From: an uncultured Candidatus Rokubacteria bacterium
Lineage (GTDB): Bacteria > Methylomirabilota > Methylomirabilia > Rokubacteriales > CSP1-6
Assembly (NCBI GenBank): GCA_963754315.1
Contig: CAVWFS010000017.1
Span: forward strand, 1-20,500
DNA: 20,500 bases
Direction: 5' to 3'
Shown here: piece after piece, positions 1-9,156 of the stretch
Numbering within the stretch: the first letter of the stretch is position 1
Layout: each line of letters starts with the position of its first letter
The notes under the pieces: model-generated
Told to the model about the DNA's origin: nothing
The model's database searches: none
Seen by the model: the letters and a program-made list of their open reading frames with translations, nothing else
Made by a program: the position numbers and the translations under genes

Positions 1-75
1 CTCAAGACCGCCCGCGCTCTCCGCTTGACCCTCCCGCCCTCGCTGCTAGCCCGAGCTGACCAAGTCATTGAGTGA
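1..75 (+). CDS. 3' end (partial) of ABC transporter substrate-binding protein (ABC_sub_bind-like family)
   Basis: Frame 1 reads [24 protein letters not shown]-stop (TGA 73-75), matching the characteristic C-terminus [25 protein letters not shown] of this family. Not in the ORF track because the start lies outside the window. Confidence 0.85.
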   Translation, partial: [24 protein letters not shown]

Positions 76-191
76 CCGCCGCCGGGCGTTCATCGTGGCC
101 GGCTGTGGAGATCATCGCCGCGAACTTCGGAATTCCTCGCGCAGACGATGGTGGCGGGTTGGAGTACACTCCCGGCAAGGGAGGAGAGAGC

Positions 192-1649
192 ATGGCCAGC
201 AACGGTTCGTCCGAGGCACGGAAGCTCCGCGCACGCCTGAATCATCCCATCATCGATGCCGACGGCCACTGGATCGAGTACGGTCCGGTGATGCGCGAGG
301 AGTTCCGGCGCATCGGTGGGAACGACGCGGCCGAGGCTCTCGAGGTCGCCAGCCAGCGCATCCCGAACTCGCTCAAGATGTCCCTGGCAGAGCGCACGCG
401 GCGCCGGGTAGGCCAAGAGGCGTTCTGGTCGTCCCCCAGCGAAAACGTGCGGGACCGGGCGACGGCCATGCTGCCCCGTTTGATGTACGAGCGTCTGGAC
501 GACCTTGGCATCGACTTCTGTGTGGTGTACCCGACGGCCGGCCTCTCCTACCATCGCATGCAGGACACCCGTCTGCGTCGCGCCATCTGCCGCGCTTACA
601 ACGTGTTCACGGCCGACCAGTTCCGCGATCTGTCCGACCGCATCATCCCGGCCGCCATCATTCCCATGTACACGCCGGAGGAGGCCATCGAAGAGATGGA
701 GTTCGCCTCCAAGCAGCTCGGCTACAAGGTCATGATGGTGGGCGGCCTCATGCGGCGCCCGGTGCCCGCCCTGGCCGAGGAACAGCCCGACGCCTCGCGC
801 CTCATCGAGTGGTACGACGTGATCGGCATCGACAGCCCCTACGACTACGATCCGGTGTGGGAGAAGTGCCGGGAGCTCAAGGTGGCGCCGAGCTTTCACA
901 ACGGAGCGCGCTCCATCCTCCTGCGCAACTCGCCGTCGAACTTCTGCTACAACCACATCGGCCACTTCGCCTCTGCCGGCCACGCGGTGGCCAAGGCCAT
1001 CTTCTTCGGCGGGGTGACCCGCCGCTTCCCGGACCTCAACTTCGCCTTCCTGGAGGGAGGAGTCGGCTGGGCCAGCATGCTCTACGCCGACCTCATCGGT
1101 CACTGGGAGAAGCGCAACCGGCAGGCTATCGAGAGCACGAATCCGAGCAAGCTCGACCGCGCGGCCCTGCTCGAGTTCGCCCGGAAGTACGGCCGCGAGC
1201 CGGTGGTGGATGCCATCGCCCGCGGTGACGGCCTCGACGACAACTCGAACCAGACGGGCGGGGTGGAAGACCTCGACGACTACTTCCGGTGCAAGATCAC
1301 GCGCAAGGAAGATATCCGCGACCTGTTCATCCCGCGTTTCTATTTCGGCTGCGAGGCCGACGATCCCATCAACGCCTGGGCGTTCAACAAGCGGGCGAAC
1401 CCCCTGGGCGCACGGCTCAACGCGCTCTTCAGCTCCGACATCGGCCACTTCGACGTCCCCGACATGGAAGATGTGGTCCCGGAGGCCTACGAGCTGGTCG
1501 AGCATGGGCTGATCACCGACGACGACTTCCGCGACTTCATGTTCACCAACGCGGTGCGTTTCTGGGGTGAGGTGGACCCGAGCTTCTTCAAGGGCACCGT
1601 GGTCGAGAAGCAGGCGGCCGAGGTCCTGGCGGCACCGGCGCCGCGGTAA
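192..1649 (+). CDS. Amidohydrolase family protein (Amidohydro_2-like TIM-barrel metallohydrolase/decarboxylase)
   Basis: IIDADGH N-terminal metal motif, PSFH, FLEGGVGW, FSSDIGHFD. ATG 192 follows GGGAGGAGAG; the longer ORF from 72 is probably an over-extension. Confidence 0.88.
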   Translation: MASNGSSEARKLRARLNHPIIDADGHWIEYGPVMREEFRRIGGNDAAEALEVASQRIPNSLKMSLAERTRRRVGQEAFWSSPSENVRDRATAMLPRLMYERLDDLGIDFCVVYPTAGLSYHRMQDTRLRRAICRAYNVFTADQFRDLSDRIIPAAIIPMYTPEEAIEEMEFASKQLGYKVMMVGGLMRRPVPALAEEQPDASRLIEWYDVIGIDSPYDYDPVWEKCRELKVAPSFHNGARSILLRNSPSNFCYNHIGHFASAGHAVAKAIFFGGVTRRFPDLNFAFLEGGVGWASMLYADLIGHWEKRNRQAIESTNPSKLDRAALLEFARKYGREPVVDAIARGDGLDDNSNQTGGVEDLDDYFRCKITRKEDIRDLFIPRFYFGCEADDPINAWAFNKRANPLGARLNALFSSDIGHFDVPDMEDVVPEAYELVEHGLITDDDFRDFMFTNAVRFWGEVDPSFFKGTVVEKQAAEVLAAPAPR

Positions 1650-1765
1650 CAAGGAGGCTGGCCCCGGCACGGGTGCGGGCGCCGATCAGCACACATCAGG
1701 AGGATCGCGCGAAGGTAGAGACCGACAGTCTCGGAGGAGGTTCCGGCTCGCCGGAAGGAGGGGAT

Positions 1766-2989
1766 ATGGCGATGGTGACCCTACCCGATGACATGTTCAC
1801 CGCCGACGTGATCGCCGATCCGTATCCGTACTATGGGCGCCTCCGGGAGGAGGACCCCGTCCACTGGAACGAGCTGTACGACCTGTGGGTCATCACCCGG
1901 CATGACGATGTGGTCTGGATGACCCGACACCACGAGCTGTTCTCGAACGCGGTCTTCCGGAACGACCCCCGCTCGGCCTATCCGGCCATCGACGAATCGG
2001 ACCTCGGCCTCTACGAGTACGTCAGGAACTACCAAGCCGACCAGTTCATCCAGCATGACCGCCCCGAGCACCTTGAGATGCGCAAGGTCGTCCATACCTA
2101 TTTCACCCCCCGTGCCATGGAAACCTGGCGCCCCTTCGTCCAGAAGGCCGTGCAGGAGCTCCTCGATGCGGCCGAGGAGAAGGGGCACATGGACGTCATG
2201 AAGGACGTGGCTACTCCCCTGCCCGTGCTGGTCATCGCGCAGATGATGGGCGTCCCCTCCACCGACCGGCCCCATGTCAGAAAGCTGGCGGAGAAGCTCC
2301 TCAACATCGGGCGGGGTGAGCACGATCGCATGAAGCCCCTCACCGAGGGCATGCAGGGGATGATCGACTACGTTTCCCCGCTCGTGGACGAGCGACTGGT
2401 CAACCCCGGTGACGACTTCATCTCGGTGCTGGCCTCGGGGGAGAAGAAGGGCGTCTTCACCAGGCATCAGGTGCTGGTGAACACGTCCTTGCTGCTGCTG
2501 GCCGGCCACGAGACCACCATCAACCTCCTGTGCAACGGCACCCTCGCCCTCATCCGCCACCCCGAGCAATGGGCATTGCTCAAGACGGAGCCGGAGGGCT
2601 TGGCCCCGCGGGCCACCGAGGAGTGCTTGCGCTACGATGCGCCGGTCAAGTCGATCCAGCGCATCGCGACCCAGGACGTCGAGATGCGGGGCAAGGTGTT
2701 GCGCAAGGACGATCGGATCCGATGGTTCATCTCGGCCGCCAATCGCGACCCGGAGGCCTTCGCCCAACCGGAGCGGTTCGACATCACCCGTGACCCGAAT
2801 CCGCACGTGGCCTTCGGGTCGGGTGTCCACCACTGCCTGGGAGCAACCTTGGCCAGAGTCGAAGGGCAGGAGGTGTTCAAGGCGCTGGCGGAGCGGTTTC
2901 CGTCGTTGCACGTCGAGACGGAGGCGCTCGAGTACCAGCCGAGCATCACCTTCCGCTCGCTCAAGTCGTTGCCGGTGGCCTGGAGCTAG
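1766..2989 (+). CDS. Cytochrome P450
   Basis: DPYPYY N-terminus, I-helix AGHETT, ExxR (ECLR), PERF, heme motif FGSGVHHCLG. ATG 1766 follows AAGGAGGGG. Confidence 0.97.
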   Translation: MAMVTLPDDMFTADVIADPYPYYGRLREEDPVHWNELYDLWVITRHDDVVWMTRHHELFSNAVFRNDPRSAYPAIDESDLGLYEYVRNYQADQFIQHDRPEHLEMRKVVHTYFTPRAMETWRPFVQKAVQELLDAAEEKGHMDVMKDVATPLPVLVIAQMMGVPSTDRPHVRKLAEKLLNIGRGEHDRMKPLTEGMQGMIDYVSPLVDERLVNPGDDFISVLASGEKKGVFTRHQVLVNTSLLLLAGHETTINLLCNGTLALIRHPEQWALLKTEPEGLAPRATEECLRYDAPVKSIQRIATQDVEMRGKVLRKDDRIRWFISAANRDPEAFAQPERFDITRDPNPHVAFGSGVHHCLGATLARVEGQEVFKALAERFPSLHVETEALEYQPSITFRSLKSLPVAWS

Positions 2990-2998
2990 GGCGAAGTC

Positions 2999-3223
2999 AT
3001 GGCTCGCGCCTTGCGCGTGTGGGTGGATCACCACCGGTGTGTGGGCAACGCCATGTGCGAGGCGCTCGCCCCGGCCGTGTTTCGCCTCAATGCCAACCGG
3101 CAGTCGGAAGCGGTCGACCCCGCCGGCGACACGGAAGAAAAGGTGCTGGAGGCGGCGGAGAACTGTCCCGTCAGCGCCATCTTCGTGGAGGACGCCCAGA
3201 CGGGCGCCCGTCTGTTTCCGTAG
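2999..3223 (+). CDS. Ferredoxin, single-cluster [3Fe-4S]-type, probable P450 partner
   Basis: CVGNAMC...CPVSAI motif, 74 aa, starts 9 bp after the P450 stop. Confidence 0.93.
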   Translation: MARALRVWVDHHRCVGNAMCEALAPAVFRLNANRQSEAVDPAGDTEEKVLEAAENCPVSAIFVEDAQTGARLFP

Positions 3224-3319
3224 TGTGTCCGGGGTGGCGATGTAACCCGCTAGGAGGTGTCATAGGGAGTGCCTTCGGCGTGTTCGGCGAACGTTGGTCT
3301 CAGGAGACAGGGGGACCTC

Positions 3320-4543
3320 ATGAAGCATTGCACTGTTATCGTGATCGCCATTCTCATCGCCGTCGCTACCGGCACTGCGCACGCCGATAGCGTAACCGAC
3401 TGGAACCAGACCGCGATCGAGGTCATGAAGGTTGCGAGGGTCGCGGGCAACCCTTGGTCACGCACGTTGGCCATGATGCATGTGGCGATGTTCGACGCTA
3501 TCAATTCGGTACAAGGTCACTACACGCGCTACGTGGCGACGGTTCCCCTTACGCCCAGCGCGTCGGCCGAGGCGGCGGCCGCCGCAGCGGCGCGGCACAT
3601 CCTGGTCCAGCTTTTTCCCAATCAGAAGGCTATCCTCGAGGAGGCATATGCGGCCTCGGTCAAAGCCATCCCGGAAGGTCCGGCCAAGAGTCAAGGCATC
3701 GCACTGGGCGAGCAGGTCGCGGCTGCGGTCCAGGCGGACCGCGCGACCGACGGCACCAACGCCCCTGACACCTACCGGCCGGTCACCAGCCCGGGTGTCT
3801 GGATCCCGACGACACCGCCGTTGTTCGCACAATATGCCCGGGCGAAGCCATGGGGGCTGACCAGCGCCGACCAGTTCCGGCCCGGCCCGCCGCCGCAATT
3901 GTCTGGTGTGCTCTACGCCCGCGATTACAACGAGACGAAGAGTCTCGGCGGCGTCAAAAGCACCACGCGAACGGCGGCGCAGACCGAGGCGGTGAAGTTC
4001 TGGACCCAAGCCAATCTTGGCCCGGCGTGGCAAGCTGCTGCGCGCCAACTCTCGGCGACGAAGGGAATTGATCTCGCCGAGAATGCGCGCCTGTTCGCGC
4101 TGCTCAATATGGGCGTCGCCAACACCTTCATCACCGACTGGGATGCCAAGTTCACCTACAACTTCTGGCGACCGGTCACCGCGATTCGCAACGGCGACAT
4201 CGATGGCAACGACGCCACGGAGCGTGACCCCAGTTGGACCCCGTTGAACGACACACCCATGCATCCGGAATATCCCTCACAGGCGGCCATCATCAGCGGT
4301 TTGGCGGTGGGCGTTCTGGAATCGGTGTTCGGAGCCAAGCCGGCCATTCCATTCACGACGGCCGACCTCTTTGACCCGAAGGTGACGCGGCAGTTCAACA
4401 GCATCGCGGAAATGGACGCGGAGCACAAGAATGTACGCGTGTGGGGCGGCATCCATTTCCGAAATTCACTGGAGGTCGGCCATGACATGGGCAAGAAGAT
4501 CGCCGCCCATATGATCGCTAACTCGCTCAAGCCGGTGCGTTGA
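3320..4543 (+). CDS. Secreted vanadium-dependent haloperoxidase / PAP2-superfamily protein with variant active site
   Basis: Sec-type signal (MKHCTVIVIAILIAVATGTAHA-D), VTDWN, AMFDAINS, KFTYNFWRP (KX6RP), HPEYPSQA, RVWGGIHF (RX5H). Confidence 0.88.
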   Translation: MKHCTVIVIAILIAVATGTAHADSVTDWNQTAIEVMKVARVAGNPWSRTLAMMHVAMFDAINSVQGHYTRYVATVPLTPSASAEAAAAAAARHILVQLFPNQKAILEEAYAASVKAIPEGPAKSQGIALGEQVAAAVQADRATDGTNAPDTYRPVTSPGVWIPTTPPLFAQYARAKPWGLTSADQFRPGPPPQLSGVLYARDYNETKSLGGVKSTTRTAAQTEAVKFWTQANLGPAWQAAARQLSATKGIDLAENARLFALLNMGVANTFITDWDAKFTYNFWRPVTAIRNGDIDGNDATERDPSWTPLNDTPMHPEYPSQAAIISGLAVGVLESVFGAKPAIPFTTADLFDPKVTRQFNSIAEMDAEHKNVRVWGGIHFRNSLEVGHDMGKKIAAHMIANSLKPVR

Positions 4544-4825
4544 GGGAGGTTTCAGCGGCTACCTGCCCTTGCCGCCCGTTGAGTGATCGTCTGGTCTCAT
4601 AGGACACAGCATCGGCTGTCGGAGGCGCGCCGCCGCGGACGTTAGCCGGAGGGGCGTGGGTCCGATCTCCTATGGCGGGCGGGATATGAAATCCGCCCAT
4701 CACGAGCTCGGGATCACCGCCGGGAGCCAAAGTGCACTCCCGAGTTCGTTCCGCCGCTTCGGGCTGGCTCCGCACCCGAAGGTGGCGTATCTTCGAGGCG
4801 TTGCCGACCACGTGGGAGGTGGCCT

Positions 4826-5935
4826 ATGCAGCGTCGAAAGATACTCCGGCTGGGGGTGGTTGGCGGTGGTGTCTTCGCGCTCGGCGTCGCCGGGCGGGCC
4901 GCCCGAGGCATCGGAGTCGCTCAGACCCCCAGCGTTCCCACCGTTGACCGCCTGGTCATGACCAACGTCGTCGACAACATCTACGACATCTTCGCGAAGG
5001 CGGGGAAGCTCGACACCATCACGGTGCAGCGTACGTCCCTGCGGTTCGGGTCCCCCGCCCTGGAGGCCGAGCACGGGCTGGCCTACCACCTGGAGTCGGT
5101 GCGCGGCGGCGAGCGTCGCGAGGTCCTGCTCGATTTCAGCCTTACGGAGAAGAACCTCTTTCACAACTTCGGCGTGCTCAAGCTCGACCCCACGCGTGCG
5201 GACGCACTCGTCCTGAGCCACGGCCACGCCGATCATTACGGGGCCTTGCCGGACTACGCGCGGATGGCCCAGGGCAAGGTCAAAGCGGGTCTCACGCTCT
5301 ATGCCGGCGGCGAAGACACGTTCTGCCACCGGGTGGTCACCACCCAGGCCGGAACCATTGACCAGGGACAGCTGGACCGAGCGGCGCTGGAAGCGCGCGG
5401 GATCGCGGTCGCCCTCGCGCGCCAACCGACCGTCATCGCCGGTCACGGCTTCACCACCGGCCAGATTCCCCGGCTCACCGACTTCGAGAAGCCGCCGGCG
5501 GCCTCGCGGCTGATGGCAGGGGCGATGGACTCGGCCTGCTCGGCCACGCATTTCGGCCCCACCAAGGTCGAGACGAAGCCGGGCGAGCTCGTCGCCGACA
5601 GCTTCCAGGGCGAACACGCTACCTGCTACCACGTGAAGGATCGGGGGCTGGTGGTCATCACCTCGTGCGGACACGCCGGCGTGATCAACTCCGTGCGGCA
5701 GGCACAGAAGGCGAGCGGCGTCAGCAAGGTTCACGCGGTGGTCGGTGGGTTCCACCTCGCTCCCGCTCCCGACGAGATCGTGGCCAAGACGGTGGCCGCC
5801 TTCCGGGAGATCGATCCCGACTACATCATCCCTGCCCACTGCACCGGCTTGAACACGATCATCGCGGTGCACCAGGCGATGCCGAAGAAGCTCATCATGC
5901 CGTCCACCGGCACGCGGGTGATCTTCGGGACGTAA
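4826..5935 (+). CDS. MBL-fold metallo-hydrolase (DHPS-like/MJ0448-type subfamily) with probable Tat signal
   Basis: AEHGL, SHGHADHYG (HxHxDH), SCGHAG, GGFHL, PAHCTG; N-terminus MQRRKIL plus a hydrophobic stretch; GGGAGGT upstream of the ATG. Confidence 0.88.
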   Translation: MQRRKILRLGVVGGGVFALGVAGRAARGIGVAQTPSVPTVDRLVMTNVVDNIYDIFAKAGKLDTITVQRTSLRFGSPALEAEHGLAYHLESVRGGERREVLLDFSLTEKNLFHNFGVLKLDPTRADALVLSHGHADHYGALPDYARMAQGKVKAGLTLYAGGEDTFCHRVVTTQAGTIDQGQLDRAALEARGIAVALARQPTVIAGHGFTTGQIPRLTDFEKPPAASRLMAGAMDSACSATHFGPTKVETKPGELVADSFQGEHATCYHVKDRGLVVITSCGHAGVINSVRQAQKASGVSKVHAVVGGFHLAPAPDEIVAKTVAAFREIDPDYIIPAHCTGLNTIIAVHQAMPKKLIMPSTGTRVIFGT

Positions 5936-5972
5936 GCCACGAGGCCGGACTGAGACGGACCGAGGGTGCTCC

Positions 5973-6323
5973 TCAGGGCGGGCCGCGTCGCTCCGAGCAG
6001 GGGGCACGCCTCGATGGCCACCCTGTCATCAGGTACGCACCCAGAATGCCGACCCGGTCATGAAGGCGTGTCCGATCGATGGTCCGGACTGGGAGACGTT
6101 GACGACGCTGGCCCGGGGAAGCCCCGCCTCACCTGCCGTAGCGCACATTGCCCGGCATGGCCCCCAGCCGGAGGTTCGATGTCACGGCGGCCACGACCGC
6201 CGTGGAGATGGCGCTTCGGTTGAAGCGGTCATGCTGCACGACGAGAGCAGGTCGGCGACCAGCAGGTCCTGAACCCTCAGGCGGACCGAAATGAAGCCAG
6301 TAGACCTCGCCCTGTCGGATCAC
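5973..6323 (-). pseudogene. mazF: PemK/MazF-family toxin, multiply frameshifted (pseudogene or sequencing errors)
   Basis: GTG 6323 gives IRQGEVYWLHFGPPEGSGPAGRRPALVVQHDRFNRSAISTAVVAAVTSN, stopping at 6129. Family-like sequence continues in other frames: GEAGLPRASVVNVSQ, then RTIDRTRLHDRVGIL. The 3' boundary is approximate. Confidence 0.85.
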
Positions 6324-6577
6324 CAGCGCTCATCCGACCAATCGGTCCCGGCCTCGTCCAGTTCTGATGCCTCTCGGCTGTGCCCTTGGGCAAGGTCAGG
6401 TGTGGCGAACAACTCGTTGAGCCGGCGTGTGATCTCGGCATCGCGCCGCGCCCGAACCGCATGCCGCAGGACACGGGTCACGAACCGACTCCGCGACTCG
6501 TGGCGCTCGCGGGCCGCCTTGTCCACGGCCACCAGCAGGTCATCCGGCACGGCGATCGCAGTCTTTCGCAGAGCCAT
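6320..6577 (-). CDS. Ribbon-helix-helix (CopG-like) antitoxin
   Basis: KTAIAVPDDLLVAVDKAARERHESRSRFV fits the RHH pattern; acidic C-terminus; its TGA overlaps the toxin GTG (GTGA). Confidence 0.87.
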   Translation of the reverse strand: MALRKTAIAVPDDLLVAVDKAARERHESRSRFVTRVLRHAVRARRDAEITRRLNELFATPDLAQGHSREASELDEAGTDWSDERW

Positions 6578-6612
6578 TGGTACTCTCTTTGGTACTCATA
6601 AAGAGCATACCA
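6577..6612 (-). promoter_or_regulatory. Putative TA promoter (extended -10) and operator repeats
   Basis: Minus strand reads TGGTATGCT (TGn-TATGCT) at 6612-6604. Direct repeat TTGGTACTC (plus strand) at 6577-6585 and 6589-6597. Confidence 0.6.
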
Positions 6613-6719
6613 CGACGACGACACATGGATCACGGTTCGAGCCCTCCGTCGAGAGCTGTCATGCCGCTGGCCTTCGGATGCTTGCCCTGTACGAGGAGCG
6701 GGCCTACATACTCGGAGCC

Positions 6720-7934
6720 ATGCCCCTGCTCGACGGTCTGCGCGTGATCGATGCGGCGAGCTTCATCGCCGGTCCGGTGGCCACTACTATCCTGGCCGAC
6801 CTCGGGGCCGACGTCATCAAGCTGGAACCACCCGAAGGCGACACCTATCGCCATCGCACGGGAGGGCCAGGGGTCCCCGAGAGTCCCTACAACTACCGCT
6901 GGATCGTCGACAACCGCACCAAGCGCGGGCTCGCCCTCGATCTCAGGAAGCCGGAAGGGCTGGCCGTGCTTCACCGCCTCGTGGCGCGGGCGGACGTGTT
7001 CGTCTGCAACACGCCGCTCGACTCACGCCGGCGTCTGGGGATCCGCTGGGAGGATCTGGCGCCCCTGAACGCGCGCCTCATCTACGCCTCCGTCACCGCC
7101 TACGGTGAACACGGGGAGGAAGCCCCCCGCAGCGGCTTCGACGCCACTGCCCTCTGGGCGCGGACGGGCCTGATGGATCTGGTGCGGCCCTCACCGGACT
7201 CGCCGCCCTCGCGCTCCTTGCCGGGGATGGGTGACCATCCCACGGGTGTCTCGCTCTTCGGCGCGATCATGACGGCCCTCTACCAGCGCGAGAAGACCGG
7301 CCGGGGCACCATGGTCTCCACCTCGCTCATGGCCAACGGTCTCTGGTGGAATGCCATCCAGGTCCAGGCCGCGCTTTCGGGCGCCAAGGTCGCGCCGCGC
7401 CCGTCGCGCGAGGAGCCGGCGACGGCCCTGGCCAATCTCTATCGGTGCGCCGACGGCCGCTGGTTCCTGCTGAATCTGGTCAACGACAGGCGCGACTGGC
7501 CCATGCTCCTGCGCGCCATCGAGCGCGCCGACCTCGATCTCGATCCGCGCTTTGCCAGCCCATCCGCGCGCCAGGCCAACGCCCGCGCGCTTGTCCCCAT
7601 CCTCGACGCGATCTTCGCCGCGCGCCCCTTTGCCGAGTGGCAGGCGATTCTCCACGATCATGGGCTCACCTTCGGAGCGGTGGCCTCCATCGACGATGTC
7701 CGTACCGATCGGCAGATGGTGGCCAGCGGCGCCCTGGTACCGATAGACGATGCGCGCGCCGGCGCCGCGCTGACCGTGGCCAGCCCCCTCTGGCTCGAGG
7801 GTGTCGACAAGGTGGCGCCGCGCCTGGCCCCGGAGCTGGGCGAGCACTCGGTCGAGATCCTGCGGGAGGCAGGCTACGAGGAAACGGCCATCGCGGCGCT
7901 GCTCGCTGCGGGCGTCGTGGTGCAAGCAAAATAG
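6720..7934 (+). CDS. CaiB/BaiF (family III) CoA transferase
   Basis: LDGLRVID, AGP, LADLGADVIKLEPPEGD, NRTKRGLALDL, GFD, catalytic-Asp region PGMGDHPTG, APELGEHSVEIL. Confidence 0.94.
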   Translation: MPLLDGLRVIDAASFIAGPVATTILADLGADVIKLEPPEGDTYRHRTGGPGVPESPYNYRWIVDNRTKRGLALDLRKPEGLAVLHRLVARADVFVCNTPLDSRRRLGIRWEDLAPLNARLIYASVTAYGEHGEEAPRSGFDATALWARTGLMDLVRPSPDSPPSRSLPGMGDHPTGVSLFGAIMTALYQREKTGRGTMVSTSLMANGLWWNAIQVQAALSGAKVAPRPSREEPATALANLYRCADGRWFLLNLVNDRRDWPMLLRAIERADLDLDPRFASPSARQANARALVPILDAIFAARPFAEWQAILHDHGLTFGAVASIDDVRTDRQMVASGALVPIDDARAGAALTVASPLWLEGVDKVAPRLAPELGEHSVEILREAGYEETAIAALLAAGVVVQAK

Positions 7935-7986
7935 CCGGTCACGTGCCCGGGCGAAGGAAGACAATGTACTCCCGAAGGGAGGCGCC

Positions 7987-9009
7987 ATGAGCGTCAACGC
8001 TCCGCCAGCTGTCACCACGCCCTATCTCGATCTTCATCGCGGCGCCGAGGGCCCGCGGCTCGACCGCGCCATCACCGATCGTCGGGCCTGGACGCGCGAG
8101 ACCTTGAGCGCGTCGGACTGGACGGTGGCCATCGACGACGCCGCAGCGGCCGAGATCCGCGAGCTAGCGGCCGCCCTCGCGCGCGATCCGCTCCCCACCC
8201 TGCTGATCACCCCGGACCAGTTCCGCCTGGACGCCTGTCGCGCCGTGATGAGCCGCGCCAAGTCCCTTCTGACCGACGGGATCGGGGTGGCCCTGGTCGA
8301 TCGGCTTCCCCTCGACGAGCTGGAGGTGGACCACGCAGTGGCCACCTATTGGGTGCTGAGCCAGTTCCTGGGTACATTGGTTGCCCAGAAGTGGGACGGC
8401 ACCATGATCTACGACGTGCGCGACACCGGCCGCGCCTATGCCTACGGAGTGCGCGGCTCGTGGACCAACATCGAGCTGACGTTCCATACCGACAACGCGT
8501 TTGCCGTGGCCCCACCCGACTACGTCGGCTTGCTGTGCTTGCAGTCGGCGCGCCGCGGGGGCATCAGCCGCTTCATCAGCCTCTACGCCGTTCACAACCG
8601 CATGTTGGCGCGTCATCCAGGAGCCCTGGCCCGCCTCTATCAGCCGATGTTCATGGACCGCCAGGCCGAGCACGCACCGGGAGCGCCCAAGGTCTCGTGG
8701 GTGCCGATGTTCAGCTGGGACGGACGCCGACTGCGCGCGCGCCTCTCGGCGGGCCTCGTGCGCAAGGGCTATGCGCTCATGGAAGCGGTGCCGCCCACCG
8801 ACGTGCAGGACGCGCTGGCCGCGCTCACGGAGGTCCTCGACGATCCTGCTCTGACTATCGAGTTCACCATTGGCCGCGGTCAGATCCAGCTCCTCAACAA
8901 CCGTGAATTCGGTCACTACCGGAGCGCCTTCGAGGACGATCCGGCCGCCCCCCGTCACCTGGTGCGGCTCTGGGTCAGAGAGCGCGGCCGCCGCAGCTAC
9001 GACGGCTGA
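7987..9009 (+). CDS. TauD/TfdA-family Fe(II)/2-oxoglutarate dioxygenase
   Basis: FHTD (HxD), GLLCL...GGIS, QLLNN...GHYR, RHLVRLW. ATG 7987 follows AAGGGAGG. Confidence 0.92.
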   Translation: MSVNAPPAVTTPYLDLHRGAEGPRLDRAITDRRAWTRETLSASDWTVAIDDAAAAEIRELAAALARDPLPTLLITPDQFRLDACRAVMSRAKSLLTDGIGVALVDRLPLDELEVDHAVATYWVLSQFLGTLVAQKWDGTMIYDVRDTGRAYAYGVRGSWTNIELTFHTDNAFAVAPPDYVGLLCLQSARRGGISRFISLYAVHNRMLARHPGALARLYQPMFMDRQAEHAPGAPKVSWVPMFSWDGRRLRARLSAGLVRKGYALMEAVPPTDVQDALAALTEVLDDPALTIEFTIGRGQIQLLNNREFGHYRSAFEDDPAAPRHLVRLWVRERGRRSYDG

Positions 9010-9156
9010 CGGGCGCCAGGGGCCACGCGCCGGCCACCACCAGCACGCTCGACATGGGGTAAGATAAGGACCCTGCAGGACGTACGGGCCTGCGTGCACT
9101 CCCCACCACTGTCGGACTCTCGGGCCGACGTCAGACGACCAACGTGGAGGAGCACC

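Noticed and set aside
90..1670. Long antisense and alternate-frame ORFs (e.g. 90-1670, 1781-3034, 4700-6007, 8164-9465, 9943-11085, 11132-12451, 14007-14747)
   Set aside because: They shadow motif-bearing genes, have no recognisable motifs, and are expected in high-GC DNA where stop codons are scarce.
6291..6719. N-terminal extensions in the ORF track (6291, 15159, 7801, 11051, 72, 1673, and 15844 on the minus strand)
   Set aside because: They overlap other genes or intergenic DNA; family similarity and SD/promoter signals begin at downstream starts.
192..9009. Halogenated natural-product gene cluster (P450 + haloperoxidase + dioxygenase + CoA transferase)
   Set aside because: No scaffold synthase or precursor peptide is visible, the haloperoxidase motif is altered, and a TA module and large gaps interrupt the run.
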